Source: an uncultured virus (IMG/VR IMGVR_UViG_3300034279_000522)
Taxonomy: Duplodnaviria > Heunggongvirae > Uroviricota > Caudoviricetes
DNA: 64,000 nt
IMG/VR virus record: IMGVR_UViG_3300034279_000522
Strand: one strand, 5' to 3'
Shown in pieces: positions 37,801-46,104 of the stretch. The position numbers and the translations under genes were made by a program. The notes under the pieces are model-generated. The model was not told the DNA's origin, did no database searches, and saw only the letters and a program-made list of their open reading frames with translations. Position 1 is the stretch's first letter. Every line of letters starts with the position of its first letter.

Positions 37801-37908
37801 TTTACAGGAAACTACTCTGGTACATACTCTGGAACCTATTCAGGCGCGACTGTACTTTCTTCTAAGGATACCGTTTCAACCGTTAAACTTTGGATTAGGA
37901 CTGCATAA
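34894..37908 (+). CDS. Tyr/Gly/Thr-repeat putative fibre protein A (1004 aa)
   Basis: About 260-aa N-terminal domain paralogous to the next gene; [YF]xGx repeats 35671-37845; shared C-terminal KDTxSTVxLWxxTA. Confidence 0.8.
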   Translation: MNPLKVKASTTPITSAVFSGLEPLTNAEVQNYIANVITTKFATDTTGSGAAEINITTDNSGTGTSIGTFVDTDRTEATGTHPATGDTTSTTYYVKQVTAPASENVTARPVAWLSDGIRRMTDGDLDGVLDTVISAFVSESEYTAGQYRLQATAPTGGTWQARYTLTDVANGGNTTTYLWQKTAASTAANDSLAPLKSNDANSLKIMTAAEIEQLVPNFRNRIIDTNIGTYKLQATAPGGGTWVELGTSTTDTREQVSPQNYVGNYTGNYSGNYVGPQYTAFFTSPAYSRAFTGNYGGTATYTGFFSGPGTTYSGFFTGFFTGPGYSSPYSGVTYSPAASYTGNYVGPANYSGTYTGLELVGYTGFYSGGPFYSTTGGTYSTSYTGYYSSAPTSGPAYSGTYTGPGPTRFAVEFYTGFYTGYYSGPSINYTGTPYSTSVPYTGFYTGPAFYSGPGASYTGYFQSPAYTGFYSSGSANYTGFFQAQAYAGNYSGGGGSYTGYFQSPAYTGTYVGGGTNYTGLFVADVFVGYYSGPGASYTGYYDGEGPPEQDFFGPILTPYAGNYTGAPVTQNYAGYYTGAPTTLYYEGISPGPPIAPGEPGEPVPNYREEFGPGIYVGYYTSTGPGVYTGYYLGTVPTIVPYTGFYSGGGTTNYAGPAYQAQIPIFGGSMPAFYLGYFSGGPGATYTGYYSSTYTGFYSGAGTTYTGYYTLQWDITGFNGLPTGSIPAFYSGTFSGPGTPYTGYFQSPAYTGFYTGAPTNYTGTASYTGYYLGSGGPSFMGSIYTGFGGNFAAGNEPGGSFAAFYSSGPGTSYSANYSSAPVAYTGVYSGTYSQSVAYAGLTNYTGPSYSATIPGSTYTGYYTGPTYTTPTGPAYGQTYSGNYNGFVPGTPYTGNYSGSATYTGFYSGVGGSNYTAIFISPVYSATYSGSFTGNFSGTDNYTGNFIGPATYTGNYTGNFTSTYTNIYSGNFTGNYSGTYSGTYSGATVLSSKDTVSTVKLWIRTA

Positions 37909-37910
37909 CT

Positions 37911-40001
37911 ATGGTTCTTAGAATTAAATCTTCTGCGACACCTGTTTCCTCTGCAAATATGCAGGGGTTGCAGGCAATGTCTGTAGATGAAATTAAAAAT
38001 TATGTAGCAAATATCCTAACAGTTTCCTTTGGTGCGAATGCTGATGGTGCAGGTACGGGTGAAATCAATATCACTACAAATAATACTGGCACAGGAACTG
38101 CAATCGGAACCTTTGTTGATACAGATCGTCAAGAGGCGACAGGAACTCACCCAGCGACTGGTGCGATTGATACTGTAACATATTACGCAAAGCAGGTATC
38201 TGCCGCAGCGACTGAAAGTATTACCAATAGACCGATCAAATATTCTACCGACCGCATCAAAGAAATGTCTGATGCAGAAATTGATAGTGAATTACTTGAT
38301 TATGCTATTTCTGCGATGGTCGCTGAAAGTTCGTATACTGCTGGACAGTATCGTCTGCAAGCGACTGCCCCTAGCGGCGGAACTTGGGTTTCCCGTTATA
38401 CGCTGACTGATGTTGCAAACGGTGGAAATACTCTCACTTATCTTTGGCAGAAAACTGCGGCGACTAGCACACCAGATACAAGTCTTAAACCACTTAAACT
38501 GATCAATACCAAGGACATTAAAGAAATGTCTTCAGGTGAGATTCTACAGATGCTTCCAAGTTTCCGTAATAGAATTATTGATTCTGGTCTAGGAACATAC
38601 AAACTTCAATCTTCCACACCATCTGGTGGAACATGGGTCCAACTTGGTGACGCAACAACTGACACTAGAGAACAAATTTCTCCTAGTAACTATGTGGGTA
38701 ACTATGTCGGTAACTTCAGTGGCAACTATGCTGGTGGTTACGTAGGTCCAGCAAACTACTCTGGTGGATACTCTGGTACTTTTGCAAACAATTTCACTGG
38801 TGGTTACGTAGGTCCAGCAAACTACTCTGGAACTTATGCGGGTAACTTTTCTGGTACTTATTCAGGAACCTATGCAGGTACTGCTCCGTATTCTGGAACA
38901 TACTCACAAGGATTTAGTGGTAACTATGCTGGTGGATATGTTGGACCTGCGCCTTACTCTGGGTCATACTCACAAGGATTTAGTGGTAACTATGCTGGTG
39001 GATATGTAGGCACTGCGCCGTATTCTGGTTCATATTCTCGTGGATTCAGTGGTAACTATGCTGGCGGTTATATAGGCACTGCGCCATACTCTGGAACATA
39101 TTCAAATAACTTCAGTGGCACCTACCTAGGAACATATGCTGGTTCTAGAAACTATGCAGGATCCTACGCAGGTAACTTCTCAGGTAACTATGTTGGTTAC
39201 TATGCGGGATCGAGAAACTATGCAGGATCCTATGCCAGCAACTTTTCTGGTAATTATATTGGTGCTGGTTTTGCTACCGCATATGCAGGAACATATAATC
39301 CATTCTTTGGTGGATTCGTTGGTCCAGGATACACTGGTAACTACATATCGTATTTCTCCGGAACATTTTCTGGTAACTACTTAGGTTATTTCTCAGGTTC
39401 GAGAAACTATGCAGGCAACTATGCAGGAACATATAGCGGAAATTATGTGGGGTATTTCTCTGGATCTAGAAACTATGCTGCCAATTATGCTGGTAACTAT
39501 ACAGGTAACTACCTAGGAAACTTCACTGGTAACTATATTGGACCAGCAACCTATACTGGTTTCTATTCAGGTAACTATACTGGGTTCTTCTCAGGTAACT
39601 ATATTGGACCAGCAACCTATACTGGTTTCTATAGTGGAACATACACTGGTTTCTTTACTGGCAATTATATCGGAACTGCTACATATACTGGATTCTATTC
39701 AGGTACATATACTGGAAACTTTACTGGTAACTATATTGGTCCTGCAAACTATACAGGTAATTATACTGGATTTTACACGGGCAATTTTACAGGATTCTAT
39801 ACAGGAACTGCCACCTATACGGGAACATATCTAGGTAACTTTACTGGTAACTATACTGGATTCTATGCAGGAACTGCTACCTATACTGGTTTCTACAGCG
39901 GATCTTATTCGCAGTCGTTCTCAGGAACCTATTCTGGTGCGACCATTCAAGCGACCAAAGACACTATCTCAACAGTATATTTGTGGGTAAAAACTGCATA
40001 A
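37911..40001 (+). CDS. Tyr/Gly-repeat putative fibre protein B (696 aa)
   Basis: Paralogue of the upstream gene; regular 22-aa repeats 38688-39938. Confidence 0.8.
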   Translation: MVLRIKSSATPVSSANMQGLQAMSVDEIKNYVANILTVSFGANADGAGTGEINITTNNTGTGTAIGTFVDTDRQEATGTHPATGAIDTVTYYAKQVSAAATESITNRPIKYSTDRIKEMSDAEIDSELLDYAISAMVAESSYTAGQYRLQATAPSGGTWVSRYTLTDVANGGNTLTYLWQKTAATSTPDTSLKPLKLINTKDIKEMSSGEILQMLPSFRNRIIDSGLGTYKLQSSTPSGGTWVQLGDATTDTREQISPSNYVGNYVGNFSGNYAGGYVGPANYSGGYSGTFANNFTGGYVGPANYSGTYAGNFSGTYSGTYAGTAPYSGTYSQGFSGNYAGGYVGPAPYSGSYSQGFSGNYAGGYVGTAPYSGSYSRGFSGNYAGGYIGTAPYSGTYSNNFSGTYLGTYAGSRNYAGSYAGNFSGNYVGYYAGSRNYAGSYASNFSGNYIGAGFATAYAGTYNPFFGGFVGPGYTGNYISYFSGTFSGNYLGYFSGSRNYAGNYAGTYSGNYVGYFSGSRNYAANYAGNYTGNYLGNFTGNYIGPATYTGFYSGNYTGFFSGNYIGPATYTGFYSGTYTGFFTGNYIGTATYTGFYSGTYTGNFTGNYIGPANYTGNYTGFYTGNFTGFYTGTATYTGTYLGNFTGNYTGFYAGTATYTGFYSGSYSQSFSGTYSGATIQATKDTISTVYLWVKTA

Positions 40002-40006
40002 ATCTA

Positions 40007-40035
40007 TTGACTTTGTAGCAATTATTATATATACT
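40007..40035 (+). promoter_or_regulatory. Sigma70-type promoter TTGACT-N17-TATACT
   Basis: Near-consensus boxes upstream of the 40071-41893 operon. Confidence 0.6.
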
Positions 40036-40070
40036 GTTAACATGACTATTATTTCTAATGGAGAATTGAA

Positions 40071-40514
40071 TTGATTAATACCTCACCTGTAGTTACTCGC
40101 AAGATCGAAAATCCTTATTGGGCGAACAAAGAACGTCAGCATATTATCGCTGAGTTTTTCTATCCTGATACCAATAAGCGTGTTACTGCATCCATCATGA
40201 ATGATGGTACCAATCGTGACTACGAAGAAGTGATGCGTCTCTTCAGTATTGGGCAGATCGATGCCAATACTGATCGGCGCATGGAAGATCGCAACCAACA
40301 AATCAAACAAAATCTTGAACGCCAGAAGGTTGACAAGACTCGCATGCAGCAAGAACAGTTGTTCGCTGCTAAGTTGGATGCCTTCGAAATCGATGTAGTC
40401 AAGAACTCTAAGAATCGCGATCTAAAGTCTAAGATTCGCAAGTCTAAGACTTTCATGGAAGTCACTGCATATACAGTAATGCTACTGATGCAGGAAGAAA
40501 CGAATGCCGAATAA
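40071..40514 (+). CDS. Hypothetical protein (147 aa)
   Basis: TTG start after GGAG; overlaps the next gene; start uncertain. Confidence 0.7.
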   Translation: MINTSPVVTRKIENPYWANKERQHIIAEFFYPDTNKRVTASIMNDGTNRDYEEVMRLFSIGQIDANTDRRMEDRNQQIKQNLERQKVDKTRMQQEQLFAAKLDAFEIDVVKNSKNRDLKSKIRKSKTFMEVTAYTVMLLMQEETNAE

Positions 40515-41202
40515 TGGATTCTTATATGTTGCCACTCGCCGCAAAGGTTATTACAGGGCAGCAAGAAACTCTGCGATCTCATTAAAGGATTATTATCCTG
40601 ATGCGCATATTACATTCTTCACACACGAAGAATGGGTGCAACCATCCGACTATGAGATCTTCGATAACGTAGTAACCGAAAATGTTCCTCGCGATAAACG
40701 AGCAAAACTTTGGGCGCTCGATCAGACACCATACGACCTGACTGTTTATATGGACTGTGATACCGAAGTTGAACACGAAGATATTCAAAAGATCTTTGAG
40801 CAGATCCCAGACGACATAGACGTATTATTCACTGCGAATCGCCCATATAATGCAGCGCTGACTAAGTTATCTGAAACTGAAGAGATGACCGAACATTGCG
40901 GTATTTTCTTATACCGCAATAATCCTCAAACATTGAAGATGATGCGTGCTTGGTATGATGAATACTGGGAACAGAATAAACCTGATTGGGATCGTAAACA
41001 TTATCCTGCTGGGGCATTGGAATGGGACACATTTACAATGTGGAGGTTATTAAACTTGTTTGACTTTGGCGTCAAAACAGGCAGATTTCCCGACCCTGAT
41101 GCTCGATGGAACTTTGTTTCTGGATATAGAGAAGAAGAACTTCAGGGGCAACCAAGAGTGATCTATCACTATACAATCCCCACGGGTTTGCAAGATTTTT
41201 GA
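40504..41202 (+). CDS. GT-A fold glycosyltransferase-like protein
   Basis: GFLYVAT, SAISLK..YP, KLWAL..TPYDLTVYMDCD (DxD), RWNF, IYHY. Confidence 0.75.
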   Translation: MPNNGFLYVATRRKGYYRAARNSAISLKDYYPDAHITFFTHEEWVQPSDYEIFDNVVTENVPRDKRAKLWALDQTPYDLTVYMDCDTEVEHEDIQKIFEQIPDDIDVLFTANRPYNAALTKLSETEEMTEHCGIFLYRNNPQTLKMMRAWYDEYWEQNKPDWDRKHYPAGALEWDTFTMWRLLNLFDFGVKTGRFPDPDARWNFVSGYREEELQGQPRVIYHYTIPTGLQDF

Positions 41203-41215
41203 AGGTTATTAATTG

Positions 41216-41893
41216 ATGTTACAATTTACAAATTCAGTTTCCAAAGAACTAACTGACATTCTAGATCCATTCACAGAATGGTTCTTTGCTCAAAATGATC
41301 AACATCTTGTCCTCGGTCCACAAGAAATGCAAGATAAGCGTCGTGGTGGATTGACAGTCGACACTGCTACTGATGAGCAGTATATGAATCATATCGTCAA
41401 TAAGGGACACAATCACGTTGGATTTCCTGATGTTGCATGGTGCACTGACATGTCTCAGGCACATGGACAACCATGGTTCCCTTCTGAGTATGGCAGAAGG
41501 CAGCAAGAAACTAATAAAGAATTGATCAGTTATCTTGGCGCAAGAAATAATGCTGTGTTTACTTACTATCCCGAGAATGGTTTTATGGGATGGCACACCA
41601 ACTGGAATGCATCGGGATACAATATTCTGATCACATATAATGCAGAAGAAAATGGTGGGTTCTTCCGCTATTTGGATCCAGTCACAAAAGAAATCGTAAC
41701 TATGGTTGATCCTGTTGGTTGGTCATGCAAGGTTGGTCACTTTGGCGATCGCAGCGATCCAAACAAAATCGTATATCACTGTTGTGGTAATACTGCTAAG
41801 AGATTGACACTAGGATATGTTGTGCCGCATCTAGAAATTTGGCGGTCAATGATTGAAGATATCTCAGGTGAAGATGCTTCTCACTTTTCCTGA
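41216..41893 (+). CDS. 2OG-Fe(II) oxygenase-like / cupin-fold protein
   Basis: YYPENGFMGWHTN followed by distal YHC...RLTLG; HxN in place of canonical HxD. Confidence 0.5.
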   Translation: MLQFTNSVSKELTDILDPFTEWFFAQNDQHLVLGPQEMQDKRRGGLTVDTATDEQYMNHIVNKGHNHVGFPDVAWCTDMSQAHGQPWFPSEYGRRQQETNKELISYLGARNNAVFTYYPENGFMGWHTNWNASGYNILITYNAEENGGFFRYLDPVTKEIVTMVDPVGWSCKVGHFGDRSDPNKIVYHCCGNTAKRLTLGYVVPHLEIWRSMIEDISGEDASHFS

Positions 41894-42501
41894 GTACTTT
41901 TAACTTCACTATATTTTGTGAGTAGATCCTCTAGGATAGTCAACTGCTCGTGCATTTTTTCAATATCATCTAATAACTTAGGAACTGCAATTCTTGCTCG
42001 CTCGAGGATTGCAGTTTCATAGTTTTTAATTCCAACATTTGTAGCAGACTTAATTCGACGGTTTCTAAATAGTGTTTTAATTTTACTAATTAACGATGGA
42101 ATTTTTGGTGTCATGTTTAATTGAATCATGTGTTGATTGTTGCGCTGATCAGTTGCCTGTTGTCGCATCTTTACAATTTGTTCTTCTTTTGCTCTTTCCG
42201 CTGCTTCTTTTTCACGGGTAAGTCTTTGGTTTTCTTCGCGTAAATTTTGCAACTCAGCAGAAATTCTAGATTCCTCTTCTGCTTTCTTTCGCTGCAATTC
42301 TTCATATTTTTCTTGTGCGATTCTTTCCCTATCAAGTTCTTCTTGAGAAGGTTCAATAATTTCAACTTCGATAATTTCTTCTTGGAAATTTCCTTCGATC
42401 CATTCTTCTGCAACCACTTCCTCTGGTGGAGGTGGTGCTGATACTAAAGGTTCTGGAATATGATCTTGTGGTGGTGGTGCCACGACTCTTGCTCTACCCA
42501 T
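41881..42501 (-). CDS. Hypothetical coiled-coil protein with Pro-rich N-terminus
   Basis: 206-aa ORF ending the minus-strand operon. Confidence 0.7.
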   Translation of the reverse strand: MGRARVVAPPPQDHIPEPLVSAPPPPEEVVAEEWIEGNFQEEIIEVEIIEPSQEELDRERIAQEKYEELQRKKAEEESRISAELQNLREENQRLTREKEAAERAKEEQIVKMRQQATDQRNNQHMIQLNMTPKIPSLISKIKTLFRNRRIKSATNVGIKNYETAILERARIAVPKLLDDIEKMHEQLTILEDLLTKYSEVKSTQEK

Positions 42502-42502
42502 A

Positions 42503-43162
42503 TTATTTTTTCCCTATTACCATAAACCGATCGAACTCGACCTTACCATCCCAACTGTAATATGACTGCTTAATAGATCCCTCGTAGAAAACATCAGTAA
42601 CTCCAACATTCTCAATATGCTCTTCGAGTGTTGGAACGCAATTGATGCCATACATCTCTCTAAAAACATTTGACGATTGACAGGCAAAGATACAATCTGG
42701 ATTTGCTGTTGTCATTTTCTTTAGAGGATACATTGCCTCACACCCGATAGAAATTACTACATCTGTTTCTAATGCATTGATATCATGATATGCAAACGGA
42801 ATATCCCAATTGATGTGATTGAGTTCAATTCCTCTCTCGTTGTTATAGTAACGATTGAAAACCTTAGACAGTTCTAATGCATCTTTATCAATATCGATCA
42901 AGTTGAGTTTCTTGACATTTAGATTTTCGCAGAGAAGTGGAACTAAAGGAAATCCCAACCAAGAATTTAGAATCGTTATATTCAATGGATCAGGACCTCG
43001 AGTAAGTCTCTGTAAGTTTTCTACTAACCAAATGGCAGCATCCATTGTATTTGGATTCATAGATTTACGGAAATCGTCATGCTTATACGGCATTTCGTGG
43101 GCGATCTTATCTAATCCGTCGCCCCAGTTTCGGTAATTATTTAAGTAATTATAATTTAACAT
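42503..43162 (-). CDS. SAM-dependent methyltransferase-like (Rossmann-fold) protein
   Basis: ITILNSWLG (degenerate motif I), LIDID, DVVISIGCE; start set at ATG 43162. Confidence 0.5.
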   Translation of the reverse strand: MLNYNYLNNYRNWGDGLDKIAHEMPYKHDDFRKSMNPNTMDAAIWLVENLQRLTRGPDPLNITILNSWLGFPLVPLLCENLNVKKLNLIDIDKDALELSKVFNRYYNNERGIELNHINWDIPFAYHDINALETDVVISIGCEAMYPLKKMTTANPDCIFACQSSNVFREMYGINCVPTLEEHIENVGVTDVFYEGSIKQSYYSWDGKVEFDRFMVIGKK

Positions 43163-43832
43163 CTTGTGGTCTTTCCATTGAATCGTATAAACAAATAAGT
43201 GGTTCTTCGCGGAGGACTTGTTCCCGCACATCAATTGGCCACATGTATCCGTAGTTGTAACTATACACCCAACCATCTGGGAAAAAATTAATTTTTAATA
43301 GTTGTTCTCTCTTGTGCCCGAATAGATTATCAAGACCGCGATAATGAAAAAACATTTGATCAGGATAATCTGTGACAAACTTGGTAATCTTATTGACATC
43401 CAATCTATCGTTCCACCTCAACACGCTGGAATTTAGATCTGTATATGCACGAGGAATATCTTTTGTGTCTCGTTTCATTTTTCTCATGTCGTGCCAATGG
43501 GTGCGAACAAATGTCAGTCCATCTTCTGGGTCATGATCAACGATGCAATCAATATTGTTTTGAATTTCAATATCAAGATCCAGGAAAAGTTTTTCTCCAT
43601 ATTGGGGTACAACTCCTCGATCAAACAAATACAATTTGTTCCACCATTTTTCATAGTAGTTATCTTCGGGGAAGGGAATTACTATAACATCACGATGCAA
43701 TCCAATCGGATGTTCAGTCAAACAGTAAAAGTCGAAATCAGTTGTTATATGTTTTCTGCATTGTTCAAGAACACGATTAACATGTTCTGAATCATATTTG
43801 AACCCCCACTTAACTGTGTAAATACTAATCAT
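43149..43832 (-). CDS. Glycosyltransferase-like protein (KWGxKY paralogue 4)
   Basis: TVKWGFKY, FYCLTE, WWNKLYLF, FLDLD, NSSVLRW. Confidence 0.78.
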   Translation of the reverse strand: MISIYTVKWGFKYDSEHVNRVLEQCRKHITTDFDFYCLTEHPIGLHRDVIVIPFPEDNYYEKWWNKLYLFDRGVVPQYGEKLFLDLDIEIQNNIDCIVDHDPEDGLTFVRTHWHDMRKMKRDTKDIPRAYTDLNSSVLRWNDRLDVNKITKFVTDYPDQMFFHYRGLDNLFGHKREQLLKINFFPDGWVYSYNYGYMWPIDVREQVLREEPLICLYDSMERPQDVKL

Positions 43833-44650
43833 CAAATATTCCAATGCTCTAAAAGATCAGGGTCGACGAGCGACTCCTGTTTAACTTTGCCTCTGCTGTT
43901 ATCTTGAAATGGTAACAAGTCAACATTAAACACACAAAGGATACAGTCCTTTCTATATATGCCTACTTGCAAATCACCTTCGTGCCAGTTACGACCACGA
44001 TTGTATGAGTAAGCAAATGTGCTTGGGAAGTGTGCCCAAAGTGGAGTATCACTAAAGTCACCCCATCGCCAACTATGATAGTTGTCAGTTCCATCGGTGA
44101 ACGTGAACCAAATACGCTCTTGATGTTCTAGAACATCCTGCCAGATGCACTCTGTCTGATCATCTGACCAAACCATGCAACTACCATTAGTGTAAGCACC
44201 ATGCGCCAACTTAAAGTTTCGAGTCTTCATGGGTCGAGGGTCTTGCCACCACGAGCGTAACTTGGTAGGATTCTCTAGGTCATAAGTGATGATCGGCGAC
44301 AAATCATTTTGAATGATAACATCAAGGTCGAAAAAGACAAATCTTCCAGTGGGTTTATCGTCTGCGAAGTTATGTGTATTGAAGATGAACGTCTTTGGTC
44401 TGTCCCAACAACGTGCCATGCCGTATTTGAAATCCTCAGATCCAAACCAGTATTTCGGATGGATGTTGGGAATGTCTGGGAAGTCGATGACTTTAATTTC
44501 ATTATCAAAACCTTCGCTGTTATCTGTATAGCAATAGAAATGGAACTCAAAATTATCAGGGGTGTGCTTCTTTGCCATTCTATAAAGACGGTTGACAAAC
44601 TCAGCGGAATACTTTGTACCCCATTTACAGCAGACGTAATTAACTCTCAT
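43832..44650 (-). CDS. Glycosyltransferase-like protein (KWGxKY paralogue 3)
   Basis: CCKWGTKY, FYCYTD, FFDLD, NGSCMVW. Confidence 0.78.
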   Translation of the reverse strand: MRVNYVCCKWGTKYSAEFVNRLYRMAKKHTPDNFEFHFYCYTDNSEGFDNEIKVIDFPDIPNIHPKYWFGSEDFKYGMARCWDRPKTFIFNTHNFADDKPTGRFVFFDLDVIIQNDLSPIITYDLENPTKLRSWWQDPRPMKTRNFKLAHGAYTNGSCMVWSDDQTECIWQDVLEHQERIWFTFTDGTDNYHSWRWGDFSDTPLWAHFPSTFAYSYNRGRNWHEGDLQVGIYRKDCILCVFNVDLLPFQDNSRGKVKQESLVDPDLLEHWNI

Positions 44651-45399
44651 TTCCACAATCCAATAATATTTTCATCTTGGCAATCTACCAGTTCTATTTG
44701 CTCTTTGGCGGAAGGATGAGGAACATTATCTGTATTGAACAAGCAAATCTTAGCATCGGGTCGAAACTTAAATCTTTCAATGTCATCTGGATGATGCTTT
44801 CCTCGATTCCAAGAATAGATCCATCCACCTGGAATATCTTTCCAGAAGTCTCTCTGCCTCCAGTAATGATAATTATCGCTTCCCTTGAAGAAAGTTTTAA
44901 ATATCGATTCGGAATTCTCGATGGCATCGTTGTAGATATGTTCGCATGATTTACCAGGCCAAAGCATCATACTAGAGTTGAAAAAAGTTCCTCTGGTGTC
45001 AATAAACAGTCTGTCATGTTTCTGTGATTGTGGTTGCCAGCGGCATTGAATGATGCGAGGTTTCTGTGCAAGTTCCAGAACCTCAGTTATATCTTCTTGG
45101 ATTACTACGTCAAGGTCAAAATAACACCAGTTACCTACGTACCCTAACCAGTTGTGCGAATTAAATACTGAGAACTTTGCTCTGTCGAAACAGAAGGTTT
45201 CTTTGCCAAACCAATATTTCGGATGTAGGATACCATCATCAGGTATAGGTGCAGTATCGCAAATTAAACCATCGGCATCATCCGTATAACACGTGAATGT
45301 GAAAAGGTTGGTGTAGTTCTTCTTTACCATATTGTAAAGATTATTCACATATTTGGCGGGATACTTATCGCCCCACTTAATGCATACGAAGTTCATCAT
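44647..45399 (-). CDS. Glycosyltransferase-like protein (KWGxKY paralogue 2)
   Basis: CIKWGDKY..KYVNNL, FTCYTD, YFDLD, NSSMMLW. Confidence 0.78.
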   Translation of the reverse strand: MMNFVCIKWGDKYPAKYVNNLYNMVKKNYTNLFTFTCYTDDADGLICDTAPIPDDGILHPKYWFGKETFCFDRAKFSVFNSHNWLGYVGNWCYFDLDVVIQEDITEVLELAQKPRIIQCRWQPQSQKHDRLFIDTRGTFFNSSMMLWPGKSCEHIYNDAIENSESIFKTFFKGSDNYHYWRQRDFWKDIPGGWIYSWNRGKHHPDDIERFKFRPDAKICLFNTDNVPHPSAKEQIELVDCQDENIIGLWK

Positions 45400-46054
45400 A
45401 CTCTTTATCTGCTCCAGGAAACTGGTCTAATCCATTTAATAATGCTATTGTGTAACTTGGGCGATAGTAGAAAGATTTGTTATGGTCATCTATACCGTAA
45501 TAGTCTGCACCATAAACAAACGAATAAATCTCGCCTTTCGGAAAATAATTAAATCTAAAATCTTCGTGCCACAAGAACCTGTCGTCGCCAAAATACTTAA
45601 CCATAAAGTAATCTGGATCTGATTGAAAGTGCTCCCATATATGATGAACAGTCCCATCTTTCCACATCATTACGCTCGAGTTGTAATTACTTAAATACCG
45701 CATGCCATGAGTTTCTCCGACATAATCAGGAAACTCTATATTCTTCCAGTAAGTATACGCTATTGTTGGATAAATGTCAAGGTATTTCCACAGATGATCA
45801 ATATTTTTTTGAATACGAATATCTAGATCCAGATAAAGAACATCACCAAATCCTCGTTGACTAAACATCCAAACCTTATACCAGTGACCTTCTATATCAT
45901 CTGGCAACGGCCAAGGAACAACAATTGGATCCAATCCAGTCGGGTCGTCGGTAAAACATACGTATGTATATTTCCTGCCTGTATCTTTGACGATTCTATT
46001 CACATCATCGGCAGAATATTTTGTGCCATATTTAAGCATTATAATTGTTTTCAT
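45377..46054 (-). CDS. Glycosyltransferase-like protein (KWGxKY paralogue 1)
   Basis: LKYGTKY, VCFTDD, WYKVWMF, YLDLD, NSSVMMW, GDD; start set at ATG 46054 with GGAG RBS. Confidence 0.78.
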   Translation of the reverse strand: MKTIIMLKYGTKYSADDVNRIVKDTGRKYTYVCFTDDPTGLDPIVVPWPLPDDIEGHWYKVWMFSQRGFGDVLYLDLDIRIQKNIDHLWKYLDIYPTIAYTYWKNIEFPDYVGETHGMRYLSNYNSSVMMWKDGTVHHIWEHFQSDPDYFMVKYFGDDRFLWHEDFRFNYFPKGEIYSFVYGADYYGIDDHNKSFYYRPSYTIALLNGLDQFPGADKEYDELRMH

Positions 46055-46068
46055 CACAACTCCAAAAT

Positions 46069-46094
46069 TATAAATAGTGTCATAGTAATTTATA
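46069..46094. promoter_or_regulatory. Overlapping divergent late promoters
   Basis: TATAAATA on + at 46069-46076; variant TATAAATT on - at 46094-46087 pointing into the glycosyltransferase operon. Confidence 0.55.
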
Positions 46095-46104
46095 AGGGTT
46101 CCCG

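Noticed and set aside
35671..39938. Ice-nucleation protein or collagen-like repeats
   Set aside because: Period is 4/22 residues ([YF]xGx), not the AGYGSTxT octamer or Gly-X-Y triplet
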